The notes under the pieces were generated by a model, which was not told where the DNA came from, made no database searches, and saw only the letters and a program-made list of their open reading frames with translations. A DNA stretch of 64,000 nucleotides from Macrostomum lignano (taxonomy: Eukaryota): NCBI GenBank assembly GCA_002269645.1, contig NIVC01000181.1:733114-797113 (forward strand), read 5' to 3'. The position numbers and the translations under genes were made by a program. The first letter of the stretch is position 1, and each line of letters begins with the position of its first letter. Positions 59,093 to 64,000 of this stretch are shown here, one piece after another.

Positions 59093-61491
59093 CTGCGTGA
59101 GAATTTACTCGAATTTCAAATACAAATATCAATTAGGGAGTCTGCGCTTTACGTTTCAAAAATAGATTTTAAGCTATTGTTTTTATCAATCGCGCGATGA
59201 GGTTCATAATAATCTGAGTGGGAGAATTAGTCTATGTGATTGTTATAACGCAGCTCTCGATTAGCCAGGTTTCTAAGTTGAGACATATATTTAGACAAAC
59301 CATAGAAATAACTCATCTGCGGAATCATCACATGCAAATTTGCATGGATTATCAAACAGGCCAGCTGTACCTGCTGTATGTAATCAGATAGGGGTAGTAG
59401 ACAATAGTATTTATAGATAGTATATTGTATAATATGGATTTTGCTGCATGGTCGTCTATAGTAAGGCTTTTTAAATTATTTCGATCAACTCGAGCATCAA
59501 CCTCGGACAAAACGATTACATGTAAACACTTGTAAACACTTGTAAACACTTACATTTACGAGTGCAGCTGACTTAAGTTCTATTTGTGTCGTGACAAGGG
59601 GCCTTTAATAAGGGCCATTTTACTAATGAACATGTTTTAAGCAATCGTGAAGTTTTTTACTTATCTAACATTAAACGCAAAGTGCTATGCAAACAAATAT
59701 TATTCTCTTTGAAGCGAAAATTATCTATCGTAAAAGATTTATAAGGTGCGTGTATATAATTATAATAATTGTCGAGTTTTGTGAGTTATTTAACCTTCTA
59801 AGCTATAGTTCTAAGTGCAAATATTATAATTAAAGCTAATACAGCTACATATTACTACCAGTGCTTATATTCCAATGCGAGTATGGGCACCATCGACAAT
59901 CATGCATCGCATTAATTGCATCGCATTAGCAATTGACAGCGCGCATTGAATTGAATTTTATTGAATAGAAGGTGGCAATTAATCAAACGTTAAAATTTTA
60001 ATAATATTGTCACGCGCTTAGGTCGAATTAGACCATGCATGTTCAAACGATTTATATGGAGTAATTAATAGATGAAGGAAATCTGCTAGTCAATATATTA
60101 TTTTTTATTTGTGCTGAAACTTTCAAAAAAACTAATTAGCAAAATACAACTAAGAGCTTGGATCAGGACTTCTATCGGAAAAGATCAGAAGACCATGTAG
60201 TAAATAAAGGATCGTTAAAATTAAAAGCTAACTTAAGTTCCAATTAAGCTTATTATTAGAGCAGAAAAATAATTTTAATTTTCTTCCCCAACCGCCATTC
60301 AATCGAAATCAATCGAATATTAAGACTAAAAACTGCATTCAGAATCGATGTACTCCAAACGCAAACCGTACAATGAAACACCAGGTAAAAATCCGTCAAA
60401 AGGAATTTGAAGTTATCAAAGGTAAAACAAATTTTTACTTCATGAAAGCTGGAATCAATGAAAACTTTTTTGTTTCTCGACATCAAAAAGAAAAAAACGA
60501 AATAACTTCTGCATTTTAACTGATTATAGCATTTCAGACTTGAATTGCGCTTAGCGGCAGTTTAATTTTGGTTGCCAACATACATTTTCGCAGCATACCA
60601 TTTGTGAAAATAATATATGATCCTTTAAAACTTTACCTGATTCTTCTTAGATATAAATTCTAGCTCGTATCTGTTAATCTAGAACTGCTAAATAAAATCT
60701 TGCAATATCTTCCCGTCTGCCCTATCTTGCTTCCTATGTACTAAAATCTATGTACGATATAGATAAAGAATATTGTAGGAGCACTCGTATCTAGCTAGGA
60801 CACATACCAATTACCTAAATTGTGTGTTAGAATTTATAGAAACAGTTCACTTTACTATATGAAATACTGCAAAATTACTTTACTTTTTTAAACTGTCAAA
60901 TTTTTTAATTCAAAATGAATAGTATTTAAAGTTCTAAACAATTATGACAAGTGATTGGTCTTTTTTAGCTCGTATTCACGTTTCAAAAAATGTAATAGAT
61001 ACAAAATATTTGATCTATAAGACAACTTAATACCATAGCTGTAGTGAGACTGACTATCGCAGTAGTAGCTTAGTTATAAGATAAATTCAGTTTAAAATTT
61101 AGTTATTAAATTTTATTTGGATGGGTAAACAAAAAATAAATTCCACAAATGATTGAGACATAATGGCTTTTAGCTTTTCATACTATATTTGTGTTTTTCA
61201 ACTAGTGAAAATTATATGATTTTGAAAATCTCGAAAGTTATTATGCGAATAAGAGGCATAAAATTTCTGCATGGCCCATTATAATACCAACAGTCTGTAA
61301 TTTCATATAGTGTGTTAGGAGATAGATACAGATATGTCATTTATTATTTATTTTAGCCTAGCTAAGATTGTAAGAAAGCTTTTTCCTTATTTATTTTATA
61401 ACATTCTAAAACCTCATTAGTACTTTATTATGGTGTAGTTTTTTAATGAACTCATTTCCAACCAACACATGTCAATGCACTCGCTTTGCAG

Positions 61492-63961
<2,470 letters not shown>

Positions 63962-64000
63962 TGATCTGAAGGCTGCGTACGGCTGTTCAGTCCAAGGACT

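Overview
Eukaryotic (animal) genomic DNA with spliceosomal GT-AG introns. The GC-rich exons, minisatellite-filled introns, (TCTG)n arrays and divergent TRPV and Cys-less channel genes fit a free-living flatworm such as Macrostomum; this is an inference, not shown. Host genes: an orphan single-pass membrane protein, UBA2 (3 exons), DENND6 (7 exons), a divergent TRPV-like channel, two tandem Cys-less (Pro-loop) pentameric ligand-gated ion channel genes (all minus strand), and a partial DYRK2-class kinase (plus strand). The right half is a tandem segmental duplication (~34.4-49.3 kb vs ~49.9-59.9 kb). Both units carry a decayed Mag-like Ty3/gypsy element (B). A second element (A) is full-length in unit 1 and a solo LTR with the same GGCAC TSD in unit 2. 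Most notable: (1) the two channel paralogs appear to differ only at three pore-lining M2 positions (-2', 2', 6'); (2) they have no visible signal peptide and a charge pattern suggesting inverted topology; (3) a ~6.7 kb domain (21.5-28.2 kb) of DNA-transposon relics shows near-total CpG loss and RIP-like CpA/TpG-to-TpA changes, and contains a THAP/P-type transposase relic and a 57-bp mini-element with an 8-bp TSD. All alignments were made by eye.
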